Shown here in pieces: positions 37,236-47,395 of a stretch of DNA of 64,000 bases. Below the pieces are notes generated by a model. The model worked only from the letters and a program-made list of their open reading frames with translations. It was not told the origin of the DNA and did no database searches. The stretch lies in the NCBI RefSeq assembly GCF_054482595.1, contig NZ_CM137008.1, one strand, 5' to 3'. The number at the start of each line of letters is the position of its first letter. Within the stretch, counting starts at the first letter, position 1. The translations under genes and the position numbers were made by a program.

Positions 37236-39203
37236 ATGTCTGTTCGCCATATTTTTGCTGACGAAAGTCGCGATATCTACACCGTCAGAACCCACGCCGA
37301 TGGCCCTGACGGAGAACTGCCGCTTACGGCGGAAATGCTCATCAACCGCCCGAGCGGGGATCTGTTCGGGATGACCATGAATGCCGGAATGGGCTGGTCC
37401 CCAGACGAACTGGATCGGGACGGTATTCTACTGCTCAGCACGCTGGGAGGGTTACGCGGGGCAGACGGTAAGCCCATCGCGCTGGCGCTGCACCAGGGTC
37501 ACTACGAGCTGGATATCCAGATGAAAGCGGCCGCGGAGGTCATCAAAGCGAACCGTGTCCTGCCCTATGCCGTGTATGTTTCCGATCCGTGCGACGGACG
37601 AACTCAGGGTACGACGGGTATGTTTGACTCGCTACCGTACCGTAATGACGCCGCCATGGTGATGCGTCGTCTAATCCGCTCTCTGCCCGATGCGAAAGCC
37701 GTCATTGGCGTGGCGAGCTGCGACAAGGGACTTCCGGCCACCATGATGGCACTTGCCGCGCAGCATGACAAAGCGACGGTGCTGGTGCCCGGTGGCGCGA
37801 CGCTACCCGCAAGGGATGGGGAGGATAACGGCAAGGTGCAGACCATCGGCGCCCGCTTCGCCAATGGCGAGTTATCGCTACAGGATGCCCGCCGTGCGGG
37901 TTGTAAAGCCTGCGCCTCCTCCGGCGGCGGCTGTCAATTTCTGGGCACCGCCGGGACATCGCAGGTCGTAGCCGAAGGATTAGGACTGGCCATCCCGCAC
38001 TCAGCACTGGCCCCTTCCGGCGAACCGGTGTGGCAGGAGATAGCCAGAGCCTCCGCGAAGGCGGCGTTGAACTTATGTAAACAAGGCATCACCACCCGGG
38101 AAATACTCACCGATAAAGCGATTGAGAATGCGATGACGGTCCATGCGGCGTTCGGTGGTTCAACAAATCTGTTGCTGCATATTCCGGCGATTGCCCATCA
38201 GGCCGGCTGCCATATTCCAACCGTTGACGACTGGATCCGCATCAACAAGCGGGTGCCCCGACTGGTAAGCGTACTCCCCAATGGTCCGGTTTATCACCCG
38301 ACAGTGAATGCCTTCATGGCGGGAGGTGTGCCGGAGGTGATGCTGCATCTTCGTAGTCTGGGATTGCTGCATGAAGACGTGATGACGGTCACCGGCAGCA
38401 CGCTGAAAGAAAACCTGGACTGGTGGGAGCATTCCGAACGGCGTCAGCGGTTCAAACAGCTTCTGCGCGAACAGGAGCAGATCGATGCCGACGAGGTGAT
38501 CATGTCGCCACAGCGGGCACGGGAGCGCGGCCTGACCTCAACGATCACTTTCCCGGTGGGCAATATTGCCCCGGAAGGGTCGGTTATCAAATCCACCGCC
38601 ATCGATCCCTCGGTGATTGATGATCGGGGCATCTATTACCATAAAGGCGTGGCGAAGGTTTATCTGTCCGAGAAAAGCGCGATTTACGATATCAAGCACG
38701 AGAAGATTAAAGCGGGCGATATTCTGGTCATCATCGGCGTTGGCCCTTCCGGCACCGGGATGGAGGAAACCTACCAGGTCACCAGCGCCCTGAAACATCT
38801 GTCCTATGGCAAGCATGTTTCACTGATCACCGATGCGCGTTTCTCGGGTGTTTCCACGGGAGCCTGTATCGGCCACACAGGGCCAGAAGCACTGGCCGGA
38901 GGGCCAATCGGTAAATTACGCACCGGAGATATTATTGAAATTAAAATTGATTGTCGCGAGCTTCAGGGCGAAGTCAATTTCCTCGGAACCCGTAACGATG
39001 AAACATTACCCTCACGGGAGGAGGCCACCGCAATATTAAACGCCCGACCCAGTCATCAGGATTTACTTCCTGATCCTGAGCTGCCCGATGACACCCGACT
39101 CTGGGCGATGCTCCAGGCGGTAAGCGGCGGGACATGGACGGGTTGTATTTATGATGTAAATAAAATCGGCGCGGCCTTGCGCGATTATATGAATAAGAAC
39201 TGA
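37236..39203 (+). CDS. yjhG: D-xylonate dehydratase (IlvD/Edd family), 655 aa
   Basis: MSVRHIFADESRDIYTVRTHADGPDGELPLTAEMLINRPSGDLFGMTMNAGMGW... is K-12 YjhG. Confidence 0.9.
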   Translation: MSVRHIFADESRDIYTVRTHADGPDGELPLTAEMLINRPSGDLFGMTMNAGMGWSPDELDRDGILLLSTLGGLRGADGKPIALALHQGHYELDIQMKAAAEVIKANRVLPYAVYVSDPCDGRTQGTTGMFDSLPYRNDAAMVMRRLIRSLPDAKAVIGVASCDKGLPATMMALAAQHDKATVLVPGGATLPARDGEDNGKVQTIGARFANGELSLQDARRAGCKACASSGGGCQFLGTAGTSQVVAEGLGLAIPHSALAPSGEPVWQEIARASAKAALNLCKQGITTREILTDKAIENAMTVHAAFGGSTNLLLHIPAIAHQAGCHIPTVDDWIRINKRVPRLVSVLPNGPVYHPTVNAFMAGGVPEVMLHLRSLGLLHEDVMTVTGSTLKENLDWWEHSERRQRFKQLLREQEQIDADEVIMSPQRARERGLTSTITFPVGNIAPEGSVIKSTAIDPSVIDDRGIYYHKGVAKVYLSEKSAIYDIKHEKIKAGDILVIIGVGPSGTGMEETYQVTSALKHLSYGKHVSLITDARFSGVSTGACIGHTGPEALAGGPIGKLRTGDIIEIKIDCRELQGEVNFLGTRNDETLPSREEATAILNARPSHQDLLPDPELPDDTRLWAMLQAVSGGTWTGCIYDVNKIGAALRDYMNKN

Positions 39204-39309
39204 AAGCAAAAATAAAAACATCCAGACACCTGAATTATCCGGTTACGCATTATTCATCCTGTGCGCAGCCGGATAATGACGGGTCGTTACCCTATGATGA
39301 GAGGACGTT

Positions 39310-40659
39310 ATGCCACTAATTATCGTTGTGGCAGGGATTGCTTTACTCCTGCTTTTAACCATAAAAATTAAGCTTAATACGTTTGTTTCGTTAATTATTG
39401 TCTCGATTGCTGTCGCCATCGCCAGTGGTATGGATTTGAGTAAAGTCGTCACCTCAGTCGAATCCGGACTTGGCGGTACGCTGGGCCATATTGGTTTGAT
39501 ATTTGGGTTCGGTGTTATGCTCGGTCGCTTGCTGGCCGATGCGGGGGGGGCGCAGCGAATAGCGCTGACCATGCTGAATTATTTCGGGAAAAATAAACTT
39601 GACTGGGCAGTGGTCTGTTCGGCGTTTATTGTCGGTATCGCACTTTTTTTCGAAGTCGGTTTAATTCTTCTGGTACCTATTTTATTCGCTATTGCCCGTG
39701 AAGCAAAAATATCACCGATGTTTATGTGTGTGCCGATGCTTTCCGGTTTGCTGGTCGCACACGGTTTTTTGCCGCCGCACCCCGGCCCGACAGTAATCGC
39801 CAGAGAATATGGTGCTGATGTAGGATTGGTACTGATATACGGTATCATTGTCGGCATTCCAACCTTTATTCTTTGCGGCCCGGTATTGAATAAATTCTGC
39901 CAGCGCATTATTCCGGAAGCCTTTAAAAAAGAGGGGAATATAGCCTCTCTCGGCGCGACCCGCCGGTTCAGCGAAAGCGAAATGCCTGGCTTTGGGATCA
40001 GTTTTCTCACGGCAATGCTGCCGGTGATCCTGATGGCGGTTGTCACCATCATCCAGATGACTCATGCCAAAAGTGCCGCGGATTCAGGCTTATTCTACAA
40101 CGTGCTACTGTTCTTAGGTAATTCGACGATCGCCATGCTGATTTCACTGCTGTTCGCGATCTATACCATGGGCCTGGGGCGCGGGAAAACAATCCCTGAC
40201 CTGATGGATTCTTGCGGAAAAGCTATCGCGGGTATTGCCGGTCTGCTGCTGATTATCGGTGGTGGTGGTGCATTCAAGCAAGTTCTCATCGACTCTGGCG
40301 TTGGTCAGTATATTTCCACCCTGGTTTCGGGTATGGATATTAACCCGATCCTGATGGCCTGGGGCGTGGCCGCATTCCTGCGTATTTGTCTGGGTTCAGC
40401 CACCGTCGCGGCGATCTCTACCGCCGGTCTGGTCATCCCATTGTTGGCAGTACATCCCAATACCAACCTGGCCTTGATTACGCTGGCTACCGGTGCCGGA
40501 TCCTGTATTTGTTCTCACGTTAACGATGCCAGTTTCTGGATGATTAAAGACTTTTTTGGCCTGACCACCAAAGAAACGCTGTTATCCTGGACGCTGATGT
40601 CCACACTCTTATCCATCAGTGGGCTGATTTTTATTCTGCTCGCCAGCTTAGTTTTATAA
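39310..40659 (+). CDS. yjhF: GntP-family permease, 449 aa
   Basis: [42 protein letters not shown]... is K-12 YjhF. Confidence 0.9.
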   Translation: MPLIIVVAGIALLLLLTIKIKLNTFVSLIIVSIAVAIASGMDLSKVVTSVESGLGGTLGHIGLIFGFGVMLGRLLADAGGAQRIALTMLNYFGKNKLDWAVVCSAFIVGIALFFEVGLILLVPILFAIAREAKISPMFMCVPMLSGLLVAHGFLPPHPGPTVIAREYGADVGLVLIYGIIVGIPTFILCGPVLNKFCQRIIPEAFKKEGNIASLGATRRFSESEMPGFGISFLTAMLPVILMAVVTIIQMTHAKSAADSGLFYNVLLFLGNSTIAMLISLLFAIYTMGLGRGKTIPDLMDSCGKAIAGIAGLLLIIGGGGAFKQVLIDSGVGQYISTLVSGMDINPILMAWGVAAFLRICLGSATVAAISTAGLVIPLLAVHPNTNLALITLATGAGSCICSHVNDASFWMIKDFFGLTTKETLLSWTLMSTLLSISGLIFILLASLVL

Positions 40660-40810
40660 TCGGGTTCTTGCCAGTGAGCCAACCTGTTGTTCACTGTCCC
40701 CCATAATTTAGTGAGTGACGGCAACCGTCTGCACGGTGACGAATCGCTGGCGATCAAAAAGGGGCGATATTGAACCGTCGATTATGCTTGTTGAGTGTAC
40801 TCTCAGTAAT

Positions 40811-40845
40811 ACTGTAAAGCCGGAGCATGTCTCCGGCTTTACAGT
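40811..40845. terminator. 15-bp-stem hairpin downstream of yjhF
   Basis: ACTGTAAAGCCGGAG-catgt-CTCCGGCTTTACAGT. Confidence 0.6.
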
Positions 40846-41005
40846 ATGGGGGAACAGCGGGAGATCGCTCAAATGGTATGCTGGTTTATTTCATGTAAAA
40901 GAATAAAATATCTGTATAAAATCATGCCACTGGCAATCTGCATCAACTCTCCGGGTAAACAGGGTTAAGATGAGCATTTCCCCGGTTTAATACAGGTATA
41001 CAAAA

Positions 41006-41992
41006 GTGGATAGAGATCAAACAAACAGCAGCCTGTTCAATGATGATCCCGTACTTCATGCAACATGGCTGTACTATCAGGAAGGCAAAAGCCAGACTGA
41101 AGTTGCAGCTATCATGGGGGTGTCCCGCGTCACGGTTGTCAAATACCTGCAAACAGCCCGGGAAAATGGACTGGTTCATATCAACCTGGATGTGAATGTC
41201 TTTGGCTCTATCGACGCTGCTTTGCAAATTCGCGATAAATTCAATCTCCTGAGAGTGATCATCGTGCCGGATGGCGAACATGCCGGAAAACGTGATGATA
41301 CAAAGCTGATGCGGACTCGCCTTTCACGTGCCGGTGGCATGTATCTGAATCAGGTGATTGAGAATGGTGATGTGCTGGGGGTTGCCTGGGGAAGAACAAT
41401 CCATCAGATGAGCAAAACCATGACGCCGAAGTCATGTAAAAATGTCACCGTTATACAGATGCTCGGTTCCATGCCATCTCAGCCAGACCTGACGATCATT
41501 GAATCCTCATCGCAAATCGCCTACAAGCTTTCAGGCCGTGTCGCTTCGCTGCACGTGCCCGCCGTGGTATCAAGCGCCAGACTGGCCATGGAGTTACAGG
41601 CAGAGCCTATTATTCGATCGAATTTTGACGTTCTGACTCGCTGTACGAAAGCCTTTTTTGTCGTGGGTAACACGCTTGATGAAAATCCCCTGATTCGGGT
41701 GGGCGTGCTGAATAAGAAGGAAATGCAGACGTATCGAGATTTAGGCGCAGTAGGTGTCATTTGTGGCCGCTTCTATGACAAGGAAGGGATGCCCGTCGTG
41801 GCTGATGTTGACCAGCGTATTCTGGGAATCAGTCTGGCTCAGTTAAGGCAGATTGAACGGAAGATCTTTCTTGCTGGTGGCGAAAGAGGCTATGACGCAA
41901 CGTTGGGTGCCTTGCTGGGAGGATATGTCACTGACCTGATTGTTGATGAAGGAACGGCAGAGTTTTTGCTGGCGTGTGAATTACCACACTAA
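41006..41992 (+). CDS. yjhU: SorC-family transcriptional regulator, 328 aa (GTG start)
   Basis: DRDQTNSSLFNDDPVLHATWLYYQEGKSQTEVAAIMGVSRVTVVKYLQTARENGLVHINL... is K-12 YjhU. Confidence 0.88.
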   Translation: MDRDQTNSSLFNDDPVLHATWLYYQEGKSQTEVAAIMGVSRVTVVKYLQTARENGLVHINLDVNVFGSIDAALQIRDKFNLLRVIIVPDGEHAGKRDDTKLMRTRLSRAGGMYLNQVIENGDVLGVAWGRTIHQMSKTMTPKSCKNVTVIQMLGSMPSQPDLTIIESSSQIAYKLSGRVASLHVPAVVSSARLAMELQAEPIIRSNFDVLTRCTKAFFVVGNTLDENPLIRVGVLNKKEMQTYRDLGAVGVICGRFYDKEGMPVVADVDQRILGISLAQLRQIERKIFLAGGERGYDATLGALLGGYVTDLIVDEGTAEFLLACELPH

Positions 41993-42032
41993 AAGAATGA
42001 ACAACTGCCCCATGTGGATATGGGGCAGGATT

Positions 42033-43037
42033 TTATTGATTAGCGGCGATAATAAGAACAATACCCACAATGTATGAAATAAACATAGTCAGCAGCAGTT
42101 TATTGGTTCCGGCTGGCGCACTGGCAAATTCTCTCCAGATGAAGACTCCCCAGATCACGGCAATCATTGTGGCACCCTGTCCCAGACCGTAGGAAATGGC
42201 ATAACCCGCCTGACCAGACGCAATCAAACTGAATGCCAGACCGACACACCAAATCATACCGCCCAGCCAGCCGCAAACATGATCCCGTAAACTCCCGGAA
42301 AAATACATTTTCCTGTAGACCGGTTCTCCTGAAATAGGCTTTTTCATGACCAGCGTGTTAAGGACAAAGTTCGACAAAAACAGCCCCACTGCAAACAGAA
42401 CAAGTGCTGAGTACGGCGTCATCAGACCGCTGGCAGGCTGGCTGAAATTGTCAGACATGGAGTCCGCCAGGAAGCGGAAAAACCATCCCATGATGATACC
42501 CGCAAGAATGGCAGTGATGAGGCCTTTGTTACGGCGAGATTTATCCGCCTCCTGCGTGACACGGCCATAGGCTATCGCGGTAAAAATAATGGCGATCACA
42601 ACGCAGGCGACACCGAGGAACAGAATGAGCGGATCGCCCTGCGGATTGCCGATATAGGTGGTGATCACACCCAGAGCCAGTGCCAGCCCCACCCCCACAG
42701 GAAAAGCTACCGCCATACCGGCAAGATTAATAGAAGCCACCAGAAGAATATTGGAAATATTGAAGATAATCCCTGCCAGTATTGCCGACATCAGACTACT
42801 GCTGCTCGCCTGCTGAATATCAGGTATAAAGCTGCGACCGGCTTCGCCCATAGAACCCAGAGTGAAGGCAAATAACAAAGAACACAGCAATAATCCAATT
42901 GAATAATCCCAATAGAATAGAGGGAACTCCCATTTTTTATTACTGACAAGTTTAGTTGTATTCGCCCATGAACCCCAGCAAATCATGGTAATAAAACACA
43001 TTATTATGGCGACAGCATACGATTCCACGATAAACAT
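42033..43037 (-). CDS. 10-TM sugar-type transporter of the DMT superfamily (GRP/RbsU/GlcU-like), 334 aa
   Basis: It has two repeated 5-TM halves, and the loop RVTQEADKSRRNKG splits them. It is the last gene downstream of the mtnK-mtnA-ald2 cluster on the same strand. Confidence 0.6.
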   Translation of the reverse strand: MFIVESYAVAIIMCFITMICWGSWANTTKLVSNKKWEFPLFYWDYSIGLLLCSLLFAFTLGSMGEAGRSFIPDIQQASSSSLMSAILAGIIFNISNILLVASINLAGMAVAFPVGVGLALALGVITTYIGNPQGDPLILFLGVACVVIAIIFTAIAYGRVTQEADKSRRNKGLITAILAGIIMGWFFRFLADSMSDNFSQPASGLMTPYSALVLFAVGLFLSNFVLNTLVMKKPISGEPVYRKMYFSGSLRDHVCGWLGGMIWCVGLAFSLIASGQAGYAISYGLGQGATMIAVIWGVFIWREFASAPAGTNKLLLTMFISYIVGIVLIIAANQ

Positions 43038-43140
43038 AAATAACTCCTTGTGGTAGTTACAATCAATCGTTGTGGACAGAGGGCATAACAGCCATTCCTC
43101 GAATGGCTGTTATATGTTATTAATTAAAATAAAGCTGTAA

Positions 43141-43782
43141 TTACGCTTTCAAACCATACGTTTTGAATTTTTCAAGAACGATGGTCATTTCGGCTTCAGA
43201 CAGAACGGGAACATCGTGATGTAATCCGCCACATTTGATGTATAAATCAGCCAGCGTCTCAGTTTCACCCGCCAGCCACAACGTCTTTTCCAGCGTGACG
43301 TCCATGGCCAGCATACCGTGGTGCTGCATCAGTAAGGACTTACTTTCTCTGATTCCTTGAGATACACTGTCGGCCAGTTCAGGGCTGCCAAAGGTATAAT
43401 AGGGAATACAGGGAATATGATCCGTCCCCGATACCGCCACCATATAATGAATAGCCGGAATTGAATGATTATGTATTGCCACCGCCGTGGAATTCACCGC
43501 ATGCGTATGTATGACAGCATTCAATTCTGGTCTGGCTTTATAACACGCCAGATGAAATAGCCATTCACTTGATGGTATTTTACCCGCTTCAGGTATTCCC
43601 TTATCGTCTACAAAGACAATCATGTCCGGCGTCATCTTTGAATAAGCGATCCCACTCGGTGTAATCAACATGCCACCGGTATATCTGGCACTCACATTAC
43701 CTGATGTTCCTTGATTCAGACCTGACGCATTCATTTCCCGACAAATGGAAATGATATTTTCTGCTAACTTAATCCTTTCCAT
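43141..43782 (-). CDS. ald2: Class II aldolase (FucA/adducin fold): 5-deoxyribulose-1-P / methylthioribulose-1-P aldolase of the DHAP shunt, 213 aa
   Basis: GLNQGTSGNVSAR, SSEWLFHL, VIHTHAVNSTA and MQHHGMLA are the zinc and phosphate motifs of class II aldolases. It is adjacent to mtnA and mtnK. Confidence 0.75.
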   Translation of the reverse strand: MERIKLAENIISICREMNASGLNQGTSGNVSARYTGGMLITPSGIAYSKMTPDMIVFVDDKGIPEAGKIPSSEWLFHLACYKARPELNAVIHTHAVNSTAVAIHNHSIPAIHYMVAVSGTDHIPCIPYYTFGSPELADSVSQGIRESKSLLMQHHGMLAMDVTLEKTLWLAGETETLADLYIKCGGLHHDVPVLSEAEMTIVLEKFKTYGLKA

Positions 43783-43812
43783 TACTGCTCCTTAACAGAA
43801 GTGATCGTCGTT

Positions 43813-44928
43813 TTAATGCAGCTCGTCCTGGAGTGCTTTACTCTTCAGGTCAGCAAACATATCCGCCAGAGCTGACTTACTGGCAGCACAGACTCCCCGT
43901 TCAGTAATGAGGCCGGTAATGTATCGGGCAGGCGTGACGTCGAAAGCGTAGTTCCCACAACGGGTTCCTTCAGGGGCGGTATTGACCCAGCTCAATTCTC
44001 CCTGAGTATTTATCCCATAGACATGGGACTGCTCTTTTCCGTCACGTTGCTCAATCGGAATGGTTTTTCCGTCCTCGATAGTCCAGTCAATAGTGGGAGA
44101 AGGTAACGCGACGTAGAAGGGAACATGGTTATCATGGGCCGCCAGCGCCTTAAGATAGGTACCAATTTTATTACAGACATCCCCTCTGGCCGTGGTTCGA
44201 TCGGTCCCCACTATACAGAGATCAACGTCACCGTGTTGCATCAGGTGGCCACCCGCATTGTCGGCAATCAGGGTGTGAGGAATACCGTGTGAACCCAGTT
44301 CAAATGCCGTGAGTCCACCCTGATTACGTGGCCGCGTTTCATCCACCCAGACGTGAACAGGGATTCCGTTTTCATGCGCTTTATAGATGGGAGAAAGCGC
44401 GGTTCCCCAGTCTACAGTCGCCAGCCAGCCTGCGTTACAATGTGTCAGGATATTGACCACACTCCCGGCCGATTTTTTCTGGGCTATTTCGCGGATGACT
44501 TCTGCACCATGTAATCCAATTTGTTCACACAACGCGACATCTTCCTCGGCAATTTCTGCCGCCAGCGCCCAGGCCACATCCTTGCGCTCTGATACACAGA
44601 GATCCTTCAGTGTGGCTATCATCCTGTCGAGAGCCCATTTGAGGTTAATTGCAGTTGGTCGGGTTTTGATAAGAAGGTCATAGTAACGCTGCAGACCTAC
44701 GTCACTGGCATTGTGGTTCATTCCCAGTGCGATACCATATGCCGCAACGACACCAATAAGCGGGGCGCCACGAACCCACATCTCCTGAATAGCCGCAGCG
44801 GCCATTTCCGCAGAGGTAAGCGCCACCACTTCAAACTTAAAAGGCAGCTTAGTCTGATCGATGATCTCTACCGCTTTTCCATCCCCGGAAACCCAGACCG
44901 TTCGGTAGTGTTTACCTTTAATATTCAT
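43813..44928 (-). CDS. mtnA: S-methyl-5-thioribose-1-phosphate (5-deoxyribose-1-P) isomerase, 371 aa
   Basis: [92 protein letters not shown] are eIF-2B/MtnA-family blocks. Confidence 0.85.
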   Translation of the reverse strand: MNIKGKHYRTVWVSGDGKAVEIIDQTKLPFKFEVVALTSAEMAAAAIQEMWVRGAPLIGVVAAYGIALGMNHNASDVGLQRYYDLLIKTRPTAINLKWALDRMIATLKDLCVSERKDVAWALAAEIAEEDVALCEQIGLHGAEVIREIAQKKSAGSVVNILTHCNAGWLATVDWGTALSPIYKAHENGIPVHVWVDETRPRNQGGLTAFELGSHGIPHTLIADNAGGHLMQHGDVDLCIVGTDRTTARGDVCNKIGTYLKALAAHDNHVPFYVALPSPTIDWTIEDGKTIPIEQRDGKEQSHVYGINTQGELSWVNTAPEGTRCGNYAFDVTPARYITGLITERGVCAASKSALADMFADLKSKALQDELH

Positions 44929-44937
44929 AATGACCTC

Positions 44938-46197
44938 TTACTTAACCTTCGCAGACTGGATGACGGAGTCCATATTTTTAAACTGGCGGGCATTGACAAT
45001 AAGATCGCGCGCCATGGTCAATGCACGTCGTTCACATTCTGCGCGAAGCTCTGTATTTTCAATCTGTTTCAGCTCGGCAACGCCAGCAAAACCAATGATC
45101 CGGCGATTCATTTCCATGCCGGCATTCACCAGGGAATCTTCAAGCAGCGTGGCAAAAAACTGATCCTGTGCGTCCTCAAGAGCGGCCCTGTTCTGTTGAT
45201 ACATTTCTGTCGGCCACGCGTCACCCTGTGTTTTGTTGTCCCAGAGCTGGCGGAACTCCCGGGTGAAAACTGACCAGGTGTGGACAATCTGCTGAAGTAG
45301 CCATTCCTGATAGTCAGCGCGACGTTGCTCATTTGCATCCCACCCAGGGCGTGAGAAGAACGCCAGCAGGAGGTTGCCAATATAGTTGCCGATATCAAAC
45401 GCCATTGGTCCCATGAAACCGAACTCCGGATCAATCACTTTGGTATCCGTGTCGGTCACCATGATTGAGCCTGAATGAAGGTCACCATGTAACAATGCCT
45501 GCGCTTCTGTCATAAATTTGTACTTATAACGCATGGCAACCTGGAGCATCTCTACATCAGCCCAGGCCTTATGGACGGCATCGTCCAGCTCAGGAGAAGT
45601 CCAGTTATTCCGTTCCGCGTTGTAATAGGGCTCTGTGAAGATCAGATCTTCCGTAATTTTGCACAGCTCATGATTTAACGCGAACTCAGCAGTAAGCGCT
45701 TTTTTCTGTTCTGCTGACATGCCAATGTCAGACGTATTAAAGAGAGTCTGTGCTAAAAATCTGCCGATATCTTCAGCTAGCTTAGGGAATTTTTTACCGT
45801 TAATCAGTCCCTTACGCAGAATTACGTGAGGCGTCAAATACTCCATGGCAAACAGTGCCATTTCCGGGTCATAAAAATAGACCTGGGGAATCAGTGTGTG
45901 ACCCGCGTACTTGGCTTCCTGACATAAGACGTTGTACTCAAAGCCCGCACGGCTCAGAGATAAAGGCCATCCTTCGCCCCCTGCACGAAGCCAGGGCAGA
46001 GCTTGTTTTACAATGATGGTTTTATGTGTCCCCTTAACGATAAACACCATGTTCAGGTTTCCGTCCCCCACTTCTGAAACTTTCCACTCTTCTGGTAACC
46101 CTCCCGGTTCGCATGAAGGGGTCAGTCTGGACGAGAGATAACCAGGCAGCGTGTCACATGTCAGCGGCTTGTAACCTGATGGAATTGAATCCGTCAT
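44938..46197 (-). CDS. mtnK: Methylthioribose / 5-deoxyribose kinase, 419 aa
   Basis: EVGDGNLNMVFIV, HGDLHSGSIMV and IDPEFGFMGPMAFDIG are the MtnK (APH-like kinase) signatures. There is a 9-bp gap to mtnA. Confidence 0.85.
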   Translation of the reverse strand: MTDSIPSGYKPLTCDTLPGYLSSRLTPSCEPGGLPEEWKVSEVGDGNLNMVFIVKGTHKTIIVKQALPWLRAGGEGWPLSLSRAGFEYNVLCQEAKYAGHTLIPQVYFYDPEMALFAMEYLTPHVILRKGLINGKKFPKLAEDIGRFLAQTLFNTSDIGMSAEQKKALTAEFALNHELCKITEDLIFTEPYYNAERNNWTSPELDDAVHKAWADVEMLQVAMRYKYKFMTEAQALLHGDLHSGSIMVTDTDTKVIDPEFGFMGPMAFDIGNYIGNLLLAFFSRPGWDANEQRRADYQEWLLQQIVHTWSVFTREFRQLWDNKTQGDAWPTEMYQQNRAALEDAQDQFFATLLEDSLVNAGMEMNRRIIGFAGVAELKQIENTELRAECERRALTMARDLIVNARQFKNMDSVIQSAKVK

Positions 46198-46699
46198 AAC
46201 AGTTCTCCTTGTCTACACAGAATGATAACTGACTTATCATATGGCAACTATACTTTATCATGTGTAAAGTAATTTGTGATGCATGTAGATTTTTTGAACT
46301 GGAGAAAATTAAAAATAATGTTGTATGGAGTCATGATCTTTACAGGAATTAGTAGGGTGCATTCCTGTTATTTATATAAAATTCATTGTATTACATAAAA
46401 ATGACGGTGCTGCGCGGGGAATTGTCTCGGGCAATCTTAGACGAAAGGAAGTATTGAAGTGACAGAATAATCTACATTTTTTATACATGTGTATTTTTCT
46501 GTTGTCTTTTGTTTTTAGCGTATGGTGTTTTTATGCCGATGTCTAATAGACAGATAGATTCGAGGGCCAACAGCCCCATTATCATGATGGAGCAACAGAG
46601 GTGAGTCTAACGTTTCCGTACTTCTTATCGATCGGCACTAACAATCCTTTGTGATAACGGTATTCCCACACAGAGAAACCCACGTACCTGAATAAAAAA

Positions 46700-47131
46700 A
46701 AGATTACTGGTGTGGAAATGGGATTAACAGATTATGCCATCAAATCGGATGGTAATGAGGTCAATAATCCTCGTCATCTCATTAACGTCAACTGTAATCT
46801 GCGACGCAAATTAGCCAGCATGATGAATAACAAACACAATCTGGCAAGAGCGTTAGGTGATGCTGATTGGCACGGCTTTATCAACAAACTGGAGTACAAG
46901 GCAGCCGAAAAAGGCGTTCATCTGGTAAAAATCGACCAGTAGTTTGTCTGTTCGAAAAGCTGCTATTGTTGTGGTTACAAAATGTCGCTTCAAAAACGGA
47001 TCTGGCGATGCCCTGAATGCGGTGTTGAACATGACCGGGATATAAATGCGGCAATCAACATAAAACTTAAAGACATACAGGAATTAAAGGCGGCGGGCCC
47101 CGTCGTCTCTGTCTATGGAGGAGCTGCGTAA
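46700..47131 (+). pseudogene. tnpB: IS200/IS605-family tnpB (OrfB) C-terminal remnant, interrupted
   Basis: GVEMGLTDYAIKSDGNEVNNPRHL...ARALGDADWHGFINKLEYKAAEKGVHLVKIDQ*, then ..CCGYK....RIWRCPECGVEHDRDINAAINIKL. These are the RuvC-II/III and zinc-finger blocks of TnpB. The N-terminal two-thirds is missing. Confidence 0.7.
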
Positions 47132-47395
47132 ACCCGTCGTACAGACGGTTGCAGCCTGAAAAGTGGGAAGGCCTTGCCCGATTGGGCGGGGAGTAGTCAC
47201 CCTTGGAGTCATTTTTATCCGGTGTATTAATATGCTCCTAATAGTTAATCTGGTTATAATATTTTTTTTTTGATTATGATCACGAAAATATCTCGGTTTT
47301 TATTTGCAAAACTTGAAACGTGAATCCAAAAAAGATAAATATTTGTCCGCAGTGACTTCTTTTCTGTTGAAAAGTTCAATCTAAAGGGCAAAAAA

